Position numbers and translations under genes: made by a program
Part shown: positions 17,615 to 27,115 of the stretch, piece after piece
Layout of the letters: each line of letters opens with the position of its first letter
Numbering within the stretch: position 1 is the first letter of the stretch
Source of the DNA: Deferribacterales bacterium
GTDB lineage: Bacteria > Chrysiogenota > Deferribacteres > Deferribacterales > Geovibrionaceae
NCBI GenBank assembly: GCA_050253335.1
Contig: JBFWJG010000024.1
Location: 1-34,015 of the forward strand
Reading direction: 5' to 3'
DNA length: 34,015 bases
Notes under the pieces: generated by a model
Database searches by the model: none
What the model saw: only the letters and a program-made list of their open reading frames with translations
Told to the model about the DNA's origin: nothing

Positions 17615-18136
17615 TTATTTGCCGCCCCAGCGGTTTTTGTGCACTTTCGCCGCGTCAAACCTGTCGGCGGGGTGTCCTTTCGCATCGGAATAGCCTATTG
17701 CGATAAGCGCCATGGCGCGTATCTCTTCAGGAATCTTCAGCATCTCCTTCAGAGGTTTTTCAGTGTTCTCATTCGGAGCAAGCCCGCACCAGACAGCCTC
17801 AAGCCCCAGAGCCTGAGTGGCAAGGAGAATATTCTGCACAGCCGCCGCGCAGTCCTGCGGCCAGTAGCCTTTGTGCTTTTCCCTTGAAGGATCGGCGCAG
17901 ACCACTATGCCCAGCGGAGCCTGAGAAAACATTGCCCCGTAAGGGTGTATGGAGGGGATCTCCCTCAGGGTTGACTCATCATCAATCACCACAAAAACCC
18001 ACGGCTGCTGATTTCCCGCGGAGGGAGCGCTCATTGCCGCTTTAAGCAGTGTTTCGATTTTGTCTTTCTCCACCTTTTTCACAACGGAAAAACGCCTGAT
18101 GCTTCTCCTGTTGAAAATAGCCTCAAGAATCTGCAT
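17615..18136 (-). CDS. Nitroreductase family protein
   Basis: RRSIRRF, APSAGNQQPW.FVV, QDCAAAVQNILLA...LGL...W. Confidence 0.92.
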   Translation of the reverse strand: MQILEAIFNRRSIRRFSVVKKVEKDKIETLLKAAMSAPSAGNQQPWVFVVIDDESTLREIPSIHPYGAMFSQAPLGIVVCADPSREKHKGYWPQDCAAAVQNILLATQALGLEAVWCGLAPNENTEKPLKEMLKIPEEIRAMALIAIGYSDAKGHPADRFDAAKVHKNRWGGK

Positions 18137-18154
18137 ACTTTCCTCCTTGAATAA

Positions 18155-19840
18155 TCAGCCTTTCTGCTGTTCCTTAGCCCATGAATCCTTAAGGGAAACC
18201 GTTCTGTTGAACACGGGCTTTTCTTTTGATGTATCCGGATCCGCCACGAAGTAGCCCTGCCTGAGGAACTGGAAGGAGGTAAACTCCGCAGCCTCCGCCA
18301 GAGAAGGCTCGCCCCAGCACTCGGTAATTTTCAGTGAATCGGGGCTGATGTTCGCTGTGAAGTCCTGCCCTTCTTCCACGTCGTCGGGGTTTTCTTTTAT
18401 GAACAGGTTGTCATACATGCGGACTTCGCACCTGACGGCGTGTTTTGCGCTCACCCAGTGGGACGTGCCCCTGACCTTGCGCCCGTCCTCAGTCCAGCCG
18501 CCTTTGCTTGCGGGGTCGTATGTGCAGTGGACTTCGGTCACATTGCCATCAGCATCCTTCACCACATTAACGCAGGTCACGTAGTATGCGTGCTTCAGCC
18601 TTATCTCCCCGCCGGGGAAAAGCCTGAAATATTTCTTCGGCGGGTTTTCCATGAAGTCTTCCCGCTCTATGTAGAGCTCTCTGGAAAAAGGGATCATCCT
18701 TTTGCCGTCCGCTTCGTTTTCGGGGTTGTTTTCCGCCTCCAGAAGCTCTTCTTTGTCTTCCGGATAGTTGACGATAACCATCTTGAGCGGGTCAATAACC
18801 GCCATGCGCCTGTGGGCGCGCTTGTTGAGGTCATCCCTCAGGCAGTTTTCAAGGAGGGAGTATTCGATTATGCTGTTGCTTTTGGAAACGCCGATCATGT
18901 CCGTGAACATGCGGATCGACTCCGGCGTGAAGCCCCTTCTCCGCAGACCTGCGATGGTTGGCATTCTGGGGTCGTCCCATCCGTTTACATATTTATCCTG
19001 CACGAGTCGGAGAAGCTTGCGCTTGCTCATTACGGTGTTGGTGAGATTCAGCCTCGCGAATTCTATCTGCTGGGGGTGGTACACGCCGAGTTTTTCCAGA
19101 AACCAGTCATAAAGAGGCCTGTGATCCTCGAACTCCAGTGTGCAGATCGAGTGGGTTATCCCCTCTATGGAATCCTCAAGCCCGTGGGCAAAGTCATACA
19201 TAGGGTAAATGCACCAGTCGTTTCCGGTGTTGTGGTGTTCGGCGTGGGCTATGCGGTATATAACCGGATCACGCATGTTTATGTTCGGCGAGCTCATGTC
19301 AATTTTGGCTCTCAGAACCTTTTCGCCGTCTTTGAACTCACCTTTTTTCATGCGCTCAAGGAGGTCAAGGTTTTCCTCGACACTGCGGTTTCTGTAAGGG
19401 CTTTCCCTGCCGGGTTCGGTAAGCGAGCCCCTGTACTGTCTGATTTCCTCTGCCGTGAGGTCGTCCACAAACGCCAGTCCGTCCCTGACTAGCTGCACTG
19501 CGTATGCGTAAAACTTCCCGAAGTAGTCGGAGGCGAAATATTCCCTGTCCTCCCAGTCAAAACCGAGCCATTTCACATCGCGCCTGATCGATTCCACGTA
19601 CTCCGTGTCCTCTTTCAGCGGGTTGGTATCGTCAAAACGGAGGTTGCATTTTCCGCCGAACTCCTCCGCCATTCCGAAGTTGAGGCAGATCGATTTCGCA
19701 TGGCCTATGTGGAGATAGCCGTTAGGCTCAGGCGGGAAGCGGGTGTGCACCCTGCCCTCGTTTTTGCCTTCCTCAAGGTCTTTTATGATTATATTCCTGA
19801 TAAAGTTGGAACCCTTGTAAGTTTCTTTTGACTCGTTCAT
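18155..19840 (-). CDS. glnS: Glutamine--tRNA ligase
   Basis: [67 protein letters not shown]. Start at ATG 19840 or GTG 19849. Confidence 0.97.
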   Translation of the reverse strand: MNESKETYKGSNFIRNIIIKDLEEGKNEGRVHTRFPPEPNGYLHIGHAKSICLNFGMAEEFGGKCNLRFDDTNPLKEDTEYVESIRRDVKWLGFDWEDREYFASDYFGKFYAYAVQLVRDGLAFVDDLTAEEIRQYRGSLTEPGRESPYRNRSVEENLDLLERMKKGEFKDGEKVLRAKIDMSSPNINMRDPVIYRIAHAEHHNTGNDWCIYPMYDFAHGLEDSIEGITHSICTLEFEDHRPLYDWFLEKLGVYHPQQIEFARLNLTNTVMSKRKLLRLVQDKYVNGWDDPRMPTIAGLRRRGFTPESIRMFTDMIGVSKSNSIIEYSLLENCLRDDLNKRAHRRMAVIDPLKMVIVNYPEDKEELLEAENNPENEADGKRMIPFSRELYIEREDFMENPPKKYFRLFPGGEIRLKHAYYVTCVNVVKDADGNVTEVHCTYDPASKGGWTEDGRKVRGTSHWVSAKHAVRCEVRMYDNLFIKENPDDVEEGQDFTANISPDSLKITECWGEPSLAEAAEFTSFQFLRQGYFVADPDTSKEKPVFNRTVSLKDSWAKEQQKG

Positions 19841-20009
19841 CAGTTTCACCGCTTATTTTTTGTTAAACTCAAATATTAAGGGAAATTTACGCCGAATGCA
19901 ACAGCGGACGGAAAAGGCTTGTTTATTGCAACAATCTGTTAATTCCTGCTTTACTTTCTTCAGCAGCACTATTATATTTTGTCACCATAATTTTCATTCG
20001 GAGATTCAT

Positions 20010-21662
20010 ATGCCCGACAGTTTATTCAGGACAGACCCAGCGACAGGCGATTTTAAGATTGAAATACCCGAGTTTTACAACTTCGGTTTTGATGTTATAG
20101 ACAAAAGAGCGGAACTCACGCCGGACAAAACCGCCCTTATTTTCGTTGATACTGACGGCGAAACCGACATGCATTTTTCCTACAGAGATTTAAGCATAAT
20201 GAGCGCAAGGTTCGCCCATGTCCTGAAAAAGCACGGGTTCAGAAAAGGGGACAAGCTCTATGTGATGATCCCCCGTGTGCCTGAGTGGTATGCGGTTATG
20301 CTCGGCTGTTTCAAGATGGGCGTTGTTCCCATGCCCGCACCGAAAATACTCCAGCCCAATGACATAAACTACCGCATAGCCGCTTCCGGAGCAAAGGGTG
20401 CGGCGGTTTATCATGACTGTCTGGAAAAAATGCAGAAATGCAATCTCAACAACCTAGAAGGGAAAATAGCCGTAGGCGCCGAATGCGAGGGCTGGATCTC
20501 CTATGAACAAGAAATGGAGAACGCACCAGCAGACTTCCGGAGGGAAGACGCCGAACCCACTGTCCCGACCGACCCGCTCATAATGTACTTCACCAGCGGA
20601 ACAACCAAGTTCCCCCGCATGGTTCTGCATGATCAGACATACGCCCTCGGGCACTACATAACAGCCCGCTTCTGGCAGGACTTAACAGAGAACGACATCC
20701 ACTGGACACTGAGCGACACAGGCTGGGGAAAAGCTGTCTGGGGCAAGATGTTCGGCCAGTGGATAATCGGCACAACGGTTCTCATGCACAATGCGGCCGA
20801 CCACTTTGAGCCGGAAAAACACCTCTACATCATGGAAAAATACGGTGTGACAACCTTCTGCGCTCCCCCCACCGCCTACAGGATGATCATTCTTCAGGAT
20901 CTCACACGGTATGACTTTTCAAAACTGCGCCACTCGGTAAGCGCGGGCGAACCGCTGAACCCCGAAGTCATACGCATCTGGAAGGAGCACACAGGAACAA
21001 CCATATATGACGGCTACGGTCAGACGGAAACGGTGAACACCATCGCCAACTGCCCCGCATTTGAGATACGCTTCGGCAGCATGGGCAAACCCGCGCCGGG
21101 CTTCAATGTTGACATAGTTGATGATGACGGCCTTCCGCTTCCCGCAGGCGAAACGGGGCATATCGCCATTGAATGCGCCTCGAACCATCCCGTCGGCCTT
21201 TTCAGAGGCTATTACAACGATGAGGAAAGTACAAAGGAAGCCTTCCGCGGCGGCTGGTATTTCACCGGGGACAAAGCCTACAAGGATGCGGACGGCTACT
21301 TCTGGTTTGTAGGCAGAGCGGATGACGTAATCAAGGCAAGCGGCTACAGGGTAGGCCCCTTCGAAGTGGAAAGCGCGCTCCAGAGCCACGGCGCAGTTGC
21401 AGAAAACGCCGTTGTCGGCTCACCAGACCCTATCAGGGGCACAATTGTCAAAGCGTTCGTGGTGCTGAAAAAAGGGTATGAGCCGTCACCTGAATTAATA
21501 AAATCGCTTCAGGAGCACGTTAAAAAAGAGACCGCGCCGTATAAATATCCCAGAGAAATAGAGTTTGTGGATTCGCTCCCTAAAACCGTAAGTGGAAAAA
21601 TCCGCAGGGTTGAACTCAGGCAGCGGGAAGAGGCAAAACACGCGGATATGGTGAAGGAATAG
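20010..21662 (+). CDS. AMP-forming acyl-CoA synthetase (short/medium-chain, ACSM-like)
   Basis: YFTSGTTKFPR, SAGEPLNP, GYGQTET, GSMGKP, TGD, GRADDVIKASGYRVGPFEVES, PKTVSGKIRR; ATG 20010 preceded by GGAG. Confidence 0.92.
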   Translation: MPDSLFRTDPATGDFKIEIPEFYNFGFDVIDKRAELTPDKTALIFVDTDGETDMHFSYRDLSIMSARFAHVLKKHGFRKGDKLYVMIPRVPEWYAVMLGCFKMGVVPMPAPKILQPNDINYRIAASGAKGAAVYHDCLEKMQKCNLNNLEGKIAVGAECEGWISYEQEMENAPADFRREDAEPTVPTDPLIMYFTSGTTKFPRMVLHDQTYALGHYITARFWQDLTENDIHWTLSDTGWGKAVWGKMFGQWIIGTTVLMHNAADHFEPEKHLYIMEKYGVTTFCAPPTAYRMIILQDLTRYDFSKLRHSVSAGEPLNPEVIRIWKEHTGTTIYDGYGQTETVNTIANCPAFEIRFGSMGKPAPGFNVDIVDDDGLPLPAGETGHIAIECASNHPVGLFRGYYNDEESTKEAFRGGWYFTGDKAYKDADGYFWFVGRADDVIKASGYRVGPFEVESALQSHGAVAENAVVGSPDPIRGTIVKAFVVLKKGYEPSPELIKSLQEHVKKETAPYKYPREIEFVDSLPKTVSGKIRRVELRQREEAKHADMVKE

Positions 21663-21677
21663 GTTCTGAGTGAACTG

Positions 21678-21720
21678 ATTGTCAGCCCTTTCCTATGAAA
21701 AGGGCTGACAATATTATTTT
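21678..21720. terminator. Terminator between the convergent acyl-CoA synthetase and metY genes
   Basis: Perfect 14-bp stem ATTGTCAGCCCTTT (21678-21691)/AAAGGGCTGACAAT (21699-21712) followed by an AT-rich tract. Confidence 0.85.
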
Positions 21721-21724
21721 AAAG

Positions 21725-21916
21725 CGTTTTATATCTGAGCCAGAGCCTGTGCGAAGTCTGTCTTGTCTTAACTATAAAAAATTCTCCCTCCATGGGAATT
21801 TTTTATACACGCTCGCGGCGGGATAAACCCGCCTTCGCCCGCACGGCGCGCTCCCGTCCATGGGAGCGGGGGAGCGGGGATCGTTTTATATCTGCGCCAG
21901 AGCCTGTGCGAAGTCT
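21725..21916. repeat. 35-bp direct repeat (21725-21759 and 21882-21916) duplicating the 3' end of metY
   Basis: CGTTTTATATCTG(A/C)GCCAGAGCCTGTGCGAAGTCT, 34/35 identical; both copies read DFAQALAQI-stop on the minus strand. Confidence 0.95.
21760..21881. mobile_element. Putative miniature non-autonomous palindromic element, copy 1
   Basis: 122 bp between the direct repeats; three hairpins (21773-21807, 21817-21833, 21849-21868); core shared with 32296-32340. Confidence 0.65.
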
Positions 21917-23160
21917 TCCTTAATGTCCTCAATGTGTTCTATGCCGACGGAGACGCGGATAAGCTCGTCAGGGGAGCCTGCGGCTTTTCTGCCTTCGCTG
22001 GTGAGCTGTCTGTGGCTGGTGCTTGCGGGGTGAGTGACGAGGGTGCGCACATCGGCGAAGTTTGCCACATGGTTAGCTATTTTAAGTGATTCAATCACCT
22101 TGACAGCCGCATCCAGACCGCCTTTCACGCCGAAGCTGAGCACTCCCGAGCCGCTCCCTTTCATATATTTATCCGCCCTTGCCTTATTGGGGCTGCCCTG
22201 AAGCGCGGGATAGTTCACCCACTCAACCTTTTCATGCCCCTGCAAAAACTGCGAGAGAGAGAGGGCGTTTTCAGAGTGAGACTTTATTCTCAGGTGCAGG
22301 GTTTCCAGACCCTGTAAAATGTAAAACGAATTCTGCGGTGAAATGCATCCGCCCGCATCACGCAGGGCTTCAACACGCACCTTCACTCCGAAGGCCGCCG
22401 CACCGAAGGTTTCCGCGAATTTAAGTCCGTGGTAACTGGGGTTCGGCTCGGTAAATGAGGGGAACCTTCCTGAGCCTGCCCAGTCGAATGTACCGAGATC
22501 GATCACCGCTCCGCCCATTGAGTTGGCGTGTCCGCCTATATATTTCGTCAGCGAGTGGATGACTATGTCCGCCCCGAAGTCCTTGGGACGGCAGAGAAGC
22601 GGAGTCGCCTGAGTGTTGTCCGCAATGAGCGGAAGCTTATGTTTTTTGGCTATGGCGCTCCACGCTTCGAAGTCTGCTATGTCGCATGACGGGTTGCTGA
22701 TTGTTTCTATGAAAAGAGCCTTGGTTTTTTCGTTTATCGCCTTCTCCACCGCCTCAAGGTCATACTGGTCAACAATATTCACCTTAACTCCGAGGTTGCC
22801 GAGGAAGTAGGTGAAAAGGTTAACCGAACCGCCGTAAAGTCTGGATGAGGAAACAATTTCATCCCCCGCACCGGCGATAGCGCTTATTGCCGCGAACTCC
22901 GCAAAGTGGCCGGAAGATGTCACAACCGCGTGCACTCCGCCTTCAAGCTGGCAGAGCCTTTCCTCAAGAACTGCTGTCGTGGGGTTTGTTATGCGGGTGT
23001 AGATATGCCCGAACTCTTTTAAGTCAAATAGATTTCTGGCATGTTCAATATCGCGGAACTGGTAAGCGTTCGTCTGGTAGATAGGCACAGTGATAGAGCC
23101 GTTGTGCTCTTCGGGTTTATAGCCCCCTCTTACGGCTATGGTTTCCTGTCTGTACGGCAT
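21886..23160 (-). CDS. metY: O-acetylhomoserine aminocarboxypropyltransferase (sulfhydrylase)
   Basis: PIYQT, YTRITNPT..VLEER...LEGG, YGGS, HSLTKYIGGH (PLP Lys), QGLETL.LR, HPASTSHRQL, IRVSVGIE; SD GGAGG; SAM riboswitch upstream. Confidence 0.92.
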   Translation of the reverse strand: MPYRQETIAVRGGYKPEEHNGSITVPIYQTNAYQFRDIEHARNLFDLKEFGHIYTRITNPTTAVLEERLCQLEGGVHAVVTSSGHFAEFAAISAIAGAGDEIVSSSRLYGGSVNLFTYFLGNLGVKVNIVDQYDLEAVEKAINEKTKALFIETISNPSCDIADFEAWSAIAKKHKLPLIADNTQATPLLCRPKDFGADIVIHSLTKYIGGHANSMGGAVIDLGTFDWAGSGRFPSFTEPNPSYHGLKFAETFGAAAFGVKVRVEALRDAGGCISPQNSFYILQGLETLHLRIKSHSENALSLSQFLQGHEKVEWVNYPALQGSPNKARADKYMKGSGSGVLSFGVKGGLDAAVKVIESLKIANHVANFADVRTLVTHPASTSHRQLTSEGRKAAGSPDELIRVSVGIEHIEDIKEDFAQALAQI

Positions 23161-23207
23161 AGTTTCCTCCTCTGGATACCGGGGGACGGGGAAAATAACT
23201 CGGCTAT

Positions 23208-23240
23208 AAAAAAACCCTGACCGTCAGGAACGATCAGGGG
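23208..23240 (-). terminator. Expression-platform terminator of the SAM riboswitch
   Basis: Minus strand CCCUGAUCG-UUCCUGA-CGGUCAGGG followed by U7, in the metY leader. Confidence 0.85.
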
Positions 23241-23273
23241 CTTATGAGTCTTATAACCGGAGAATCTGTCTCC

Positions 23274-23384
23274 GCCTATCTGCCCCTGAAAAATATAAAA
23301 GGGCGGGAGTTAGCACCTTTGCGCATTTAAACGCAGGGTTGCTGCGGCTTCGCTGGGCCCGTCCCTCAGCCGCTCTGGATAAGC
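23274..23384 (-). ncRNA. SAM-I (S-box) riboswitch aptamer
   Basis: Minus strand GCUUAUCCAGAGCGGCUGAGGGACGGGCCCAGCGAAGCCGCAGCAACC...AAGGUGCUAACUCC...GGCAGAUAGGC contains the S-box consensus (UUAUC-AGAG, GAGGGA..GGCCC..GAAGCC, GCAACC, GGUGCUAA.UCC, AGAUA). Confidence 0.95.
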
Positions 23385-23392
23385 ATATAAGA

Positions 23393-23420
23393 AGCATAAA
23401 CTATTATTTTCTTTTGTCAA
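23393..23420 (-). promoter_or_regulatory. Sigma70-like promoter for the riboswitch-metY transcript
   Basis: TTGACA (23420-23415)-N16-TATGCT (23398-23393), ending about 8 nt before the aptamer P1 stem. Confidence 0.7.
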
Positions 23421-23524
23421 GATAAAACCTATAGATTTACTATGCTTTCTATATCTCTTTAATAGATTGAAAAAGGAGTCGATTAGGGTATAATTCATTA
23501 TACTTTCAAAAATACAGGTATTCT

Positions 23525-26257
23525 ATGATAAACCGCAAACCGAAGATATCCATCCCCGCGCTCAATATGCTTAATGTGCTGTTTATCTCAGTATCTTTCA
23601 TATTTCTTATCAGTTATTTCATATTTTACGAAGCCGAAAGGGAGTTTGAATCCCGTGCGGAAAACATCCGCGAAAGGTTTGTGGAAACACAGAAAATCAA
23701 TATAAAAACCGAAATCGAACGTTCTGCCGCAAAAATAAGAAGTATGCGCATGATGCGCAGGGAAACAGTCAGAAACTTTCTGAAAAACCGCACGGAAAAC
23801 GCGGAAAGCATACTCAAATCCCTTTACGGCGCAAAAGCCTCCCGTGAAATAATAATCCGCACCCTTGAAAGCATAAAGTGGGACTCAGGAACAGGCTATC
23901 TCTATGTCTTCGACAAATCAGGCACGTTTCTTTTTCACGGAGGAAACAGGGCGCTTGAGGGCACGAATATACAGAAAATAATCAGCGGGAACAAAGAGCT
24001 TGAGGCTTTTTACGCCGAGGTTAAGGAAAAAAACGAGGCCTTCGGCTCCTATGACTGGCTGAAGCCGGCGGAGAAATCCGGAGATCTCTACCCCAAAACA
24101 GCCTTCGCGAAGGCTGTGCCTGAGCTGGGGCTGTATATTGCGGCCGCATCATACACTGAGTTTCAGGACGCAGTCCTTCAGAAACACATCCTTGAACTGT
24201 TCAGGGAGGAACGCTTCGGCTACAACGACTACGGCTATTTCTTCATAATGGACAAAGACTATAAAATCATCATGCACCCTGTTGCCGGAGAGCTTCAAAA
24301 CACAAGCACATTCGAAATAACCGACAGAAAAGGCAGAAACCTCGGGGCGCTCTTTTCCGCTGCGCTTCAGAAAACCGACTCCGCCTATGTCTCCTACCAC
24401 TGGACTGCCCCCAAAGGCACAGAGCCGGAGGAGAAAGTGACCTTTCTGGCAAAAATTCCCGACTGGGACTGGGTTATCGGAACAGGCTTCTACTTCAGCG
24501 ACTTCAACTCATACCTTGACAGAGAGCGCGGGGAGCTGAAGAGCATTTTCTATAAAGACCTGATAAGAATATCCTCAGTGCTGGCCGTCCTTCTTCTCAT
24601 AACCTCGCTGATCAGCGCTTACATAAACATATATATCAGAAAAGTCGAGAAAAGCCGCCTGCGTGAAATGAACATGCTGGAGCAGTACAAGCTCGTTCTG
24701 GACGCCTCTTCCATAGTTTCCAAAACAGACACTCAGGGGCGCATCAACTATGTGAATGATAAATTCTGCGCCACCACCCTATACACAAAAGAGAACGTCA
24801 TAGGCAGATCCCACAACATTGAGCGTCACCCAGCGACACCGAGGGAAACCTTCCGCAAGATGTGGGAAACCATAAGCAGAGGCGGCGTATGGCACGGTGT
24901 GCTGAAAAATAAAAAGGCAGACGGCACAAGCTATTTCAAAAGCGCCACGATTGTTCCTATCAAGGATGAGAACGGGCACATAATAGAATACATCTCCTCC
25001 GGTCAGGATATCACGGAGCTGATGGAAAACAGGGACAAGCTTGAGAACATTTTCAGCACCGATGTTCTCACAAGCCTCGGCAGCAGGATGAAGCTTCTTA
25101 CTGATATAGAAAACACCGCCTCGCCGGTTCTCGGCCTCCTGGACATTGACAGCTTCAGTGCCATAAACGATCATTACGGCAATGCCACGGGGGATATAGT
25201 CATCCGCGAAGTGGGCTCCGGAATTTTCCGCAGGCTGAGCAGAAGACCCTACTCCTTTTACCGTGTAAACGCGGACACATTTGCGGTTCTCTCTGACGGA
25301 GCGGATATTGAGCATTTCAAAAGCGACATCAGAGACGTTCAGTACAGCATAACCGCATCCGGAGTGAAGGCGGGAACTGAGGAGATTCCGGTTACGCTGA
25401 GAAGCGGGATCGCCTTCGGCAGCAAAGATGTTCTGGCATACGCGGACATGGCGCTGAACAACGCAAAGGCCAGAAACGCCGATTCATACACATATGACCC
25501 GACGGACAGCCAGATGGCGGAAAACTACGGCAGGAACATAGCAGTCCTGAAAAGTATCTACGCCGCCATCAAAAATGACAGGGTTTTCCCTGTTTTCCAG
25601 CCTATATACAATATCGAAACAGGCCTCATAGAAAAATACGAATGCCTTATGCGCGCCGAGGATGAAGGCGGCAGGATTCTCACCCCCGGGGATTTTATGG
25701 AGATAAGCAAAAAGACCAGAATCTATCCCCGCCTGACGCTTATTATAATTGAAAAATCGATACAGAAATTCAAAAGCCTGCCCTATGAGTTTTCCATCAA
25801 CCTCACAATAGAAGATCTGATGAACGATGAGACAATGGAATACCTTATCACCAGCGCGAAAAGCCATGATGTGCTGAACAGGCTTGTGATAGAAATTGTT
25901 GAGACGGAAGAGCTTCAGGGGTTTGAAGAGGTGCTCGTGCTTCTGAGGGAGTTCAAGAATCAGGGGATCAAAATCGCCATAGACGACTTCGGTTCAGGCT
26001 ACTCAAACTTTGAATATCTTATTAAGCTCAACGCGGACTATGTGAAAATAGACGCAGGAATCATGAAGCATGTCCTTGAGGACGAACGGGCAACGGAGAT
26101 TGTCCGCTCCATAGTAACCTTCGCCAGACAGACAGGGGTCAAGACCATAGCGGAGTTCATCAGCACCGAGGAGCTTCTGGCCGCTGCCGGAAGCCTCGGC
26201 GTGGACTATGCGCAGGGATACTACATCGGCAGACCCGAGCGTGAGCTGGCGGACTAG
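23525..26257 (+). CDS. Membrane Cache-Cache-PAS-GGDEF(degenerate)-EAL protein, probable c-di-GMP phosphodiesterase
   Basis: Two Cache_2-like repeats (GYLYVFD...; GYFFIMD...MHP...WDWVIGTG), TM, PAS (SKTD..G.I.YVNDKF, KKADG), GGDEF replaced by NADTF, EAL domain with ECLMR, SINL, IEIVETE, DDFGSGYSN, KID, IAEF, QGY. Confidence 0.92.
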   Translation: MINRKPKISIPALNMLNVLFISVSFIFLISYFIFYEAEREFESRAENIRERFVETQKINIKTEIERSAAKIRSMRMMRRETVRNFLKNRTENAESILKSLYGAKASREIIIRTLESIKWDSGTGYLYVFDKSGTFLFHGGNRALEGTNIQKIISGNKELEAFYAEVKEKNEAFGSYDWLKPAEKSGDLYPKTAFAKAVPELGLYIAAASYTEFQDAVLQKHILELFREERFGYNDYGYFFIMDKDYKIIMHPVAGELQNTSTFEITDRKGRNLGALFSAALQKTDSAYVSYHWTAPKGTEPEEKVTFLAKIPDWDWVIGTGFYFSDFNSYLDRERGELKSIFYKDLIRISSVLAVLLLITSLISAYINIYIRKVEKSRLREMNMLEQYKLVLDASSIVSKTDTQGRINYVNDKFCATTLYTKENVIGRSHNIERHPATPRETFRKMWETISRGGVWHGVLKNKKADGTSYFKSATIVPIKDENGHIIEYISSGQDITELMENRDKLENIFSTDVLTSLGSRMKLLTDIENTASPVLGLLDIDSFSAINDHYGNATGDIVIREVGSGIFRRLSRRPYSFYRVNADTFAVLSDGADIEHFKSDIRDVQYSITASGVKAGTEEIPVTLRSGIAFGSKDVLAYADMALNNAKARNADSYTYDPTDSQMAENYGRNIAVLKSIYAAIKNDRVFPVFQPIYNIETGLIEKYECLMRAEDEGGRILTPGDFMEISKKTRIYPRLTLIIIEKSIQKFKSLPYEFSINLTIEDLMNDETMEYLITSAKSHDVLNRLVIEIVETEELQGFEEVLVLLREFKNQGIKIAIDDFGSGYSNFEYLIKLNADYVKIDAGIMKHVLEDERATEIVRSIVTFARQTGVKTIAEFISTEELLAAAGSLGVDYAQGYYIGRPERELAD

Positions 26258-26976
26258 TCTTCGTATATCATCCTCACTGTCATGCCGCCGTCAACGGTGA
26301 AGCTCTGCCCTGTTATGAACCCTGCCTCCTCAGAAACCAGATAATAAGCAAGAGAAGCTATATCCTCCGCTTTTCCGACCCTGCCCGCCGGATGCTGGGC
26401 GCGGTCTCTTTCGGATGTTTTGTAACCGGAAACATTTATCCAGCCGGGGCAGATGCAGTTCACTCTGACATCAGGCCCGAGGCTGACGGCGGAGGCATGG
26501 GTCAGACCCAGAAGCCCGCCCTTTGAGGCGGCGTAGCTCTCTGAATTTTTTTCCGACTGAAAAGCCCTCGTGGAAGAAATATTCACCACGCTTCCACCCA
26601 TCTTTCTCAGAAACGGGACGCAGTGTTTGGTCATGAGGAAGGCTCCGGTGAGATTCACCCCTATCACTCTGTTCCAGTCCTCGAGGCTCAGGTTTTCCAG
26701 AGGTTCGGTGAAAGGGTCTGCAATGCCCGCGTTATTTATAAGGGCATCGATTCTTCCGAATCTGCCCACGCACTTTTCCACACATTCCCTCACATCAGCC
26801 TCAGATGACACGTCAGCTATGGTGAAACCGACATCCGGCATTGCTTTCACAGCCTCGGCACATGCCGCGCCGTTTATGTCCGCAATGAAGACCGACCAGC
26901 CCTTCAGAGTGAAATATGAAGCGCAGCCAAGGCCGATGCCCTTCGCCCCGCCTGTGATAAGCACGCATTTTTTCAT
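26254..26976 (-). CDS. Short-chain dehydrogenase/reductase
   Basis: TGGAKGIG, NNAG, SS, YAASK, PGWI, FITGQ...VDGG. Confidence 0.93.
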   Translation of the reverse strand: MKKCVLITGGAKGIGLGCASYFTLKGWSVFIADINGAACAEAVKAMPDVGFTIADVSSEADVRECVEKCVGRFGRIDALINNAGIADPFTEPLENLSLEDWNRVIGVNLTGAFLMTKHCVPFLRKMGGSVVNISSTRAFQSEKNSESYAASKGGLLGLTHASAVSLGPDVRVNCICPGWINVSGYKTSERDRAQHPAGRVGKAEDIASLAYYLVSEEAGFITGQSFTVDGGMTVRMIYED

Positions 26977-27115
26977 AGAAAATCCTCTTTTTAAGTGAAT
27001 TTTTAACCCCTGACTCTGTCCGGATCTTGTTAAAAAAATTTACAGCATCAGAAATCAGAAGCAAATATCAGAATAAAATAATATAATAAACTCTCACTGA
27101 TTAGGAGAATGATTT

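Noticed and set aside
18440..19492. 350-aa plus-strand ORF
   Set aside because: Antisense shadow of glnS, explained by codon bias.
19860..20009. N-terminal extensions in the ORF track (also 2816-2839, 14280-14378, 16716-16742)
   Set aside because: Downstream ATGs have better SD sequences or match family N-termini; the extensions cover promoter DNA.
21725..21916. 35-bp repeat pair as a mini-CRISPR
   Set aside because: Only two units, 122-bp spacer, the repeat is metY coding sequence, no cas genes.
25200..25290. Diguanylate cyclase activity for the 910-aa protein
   Set aside because: GGDEF signature is degenerate (NADTF) while the EAL motifs are intact, a common phosphodiesterase-only arrangement.
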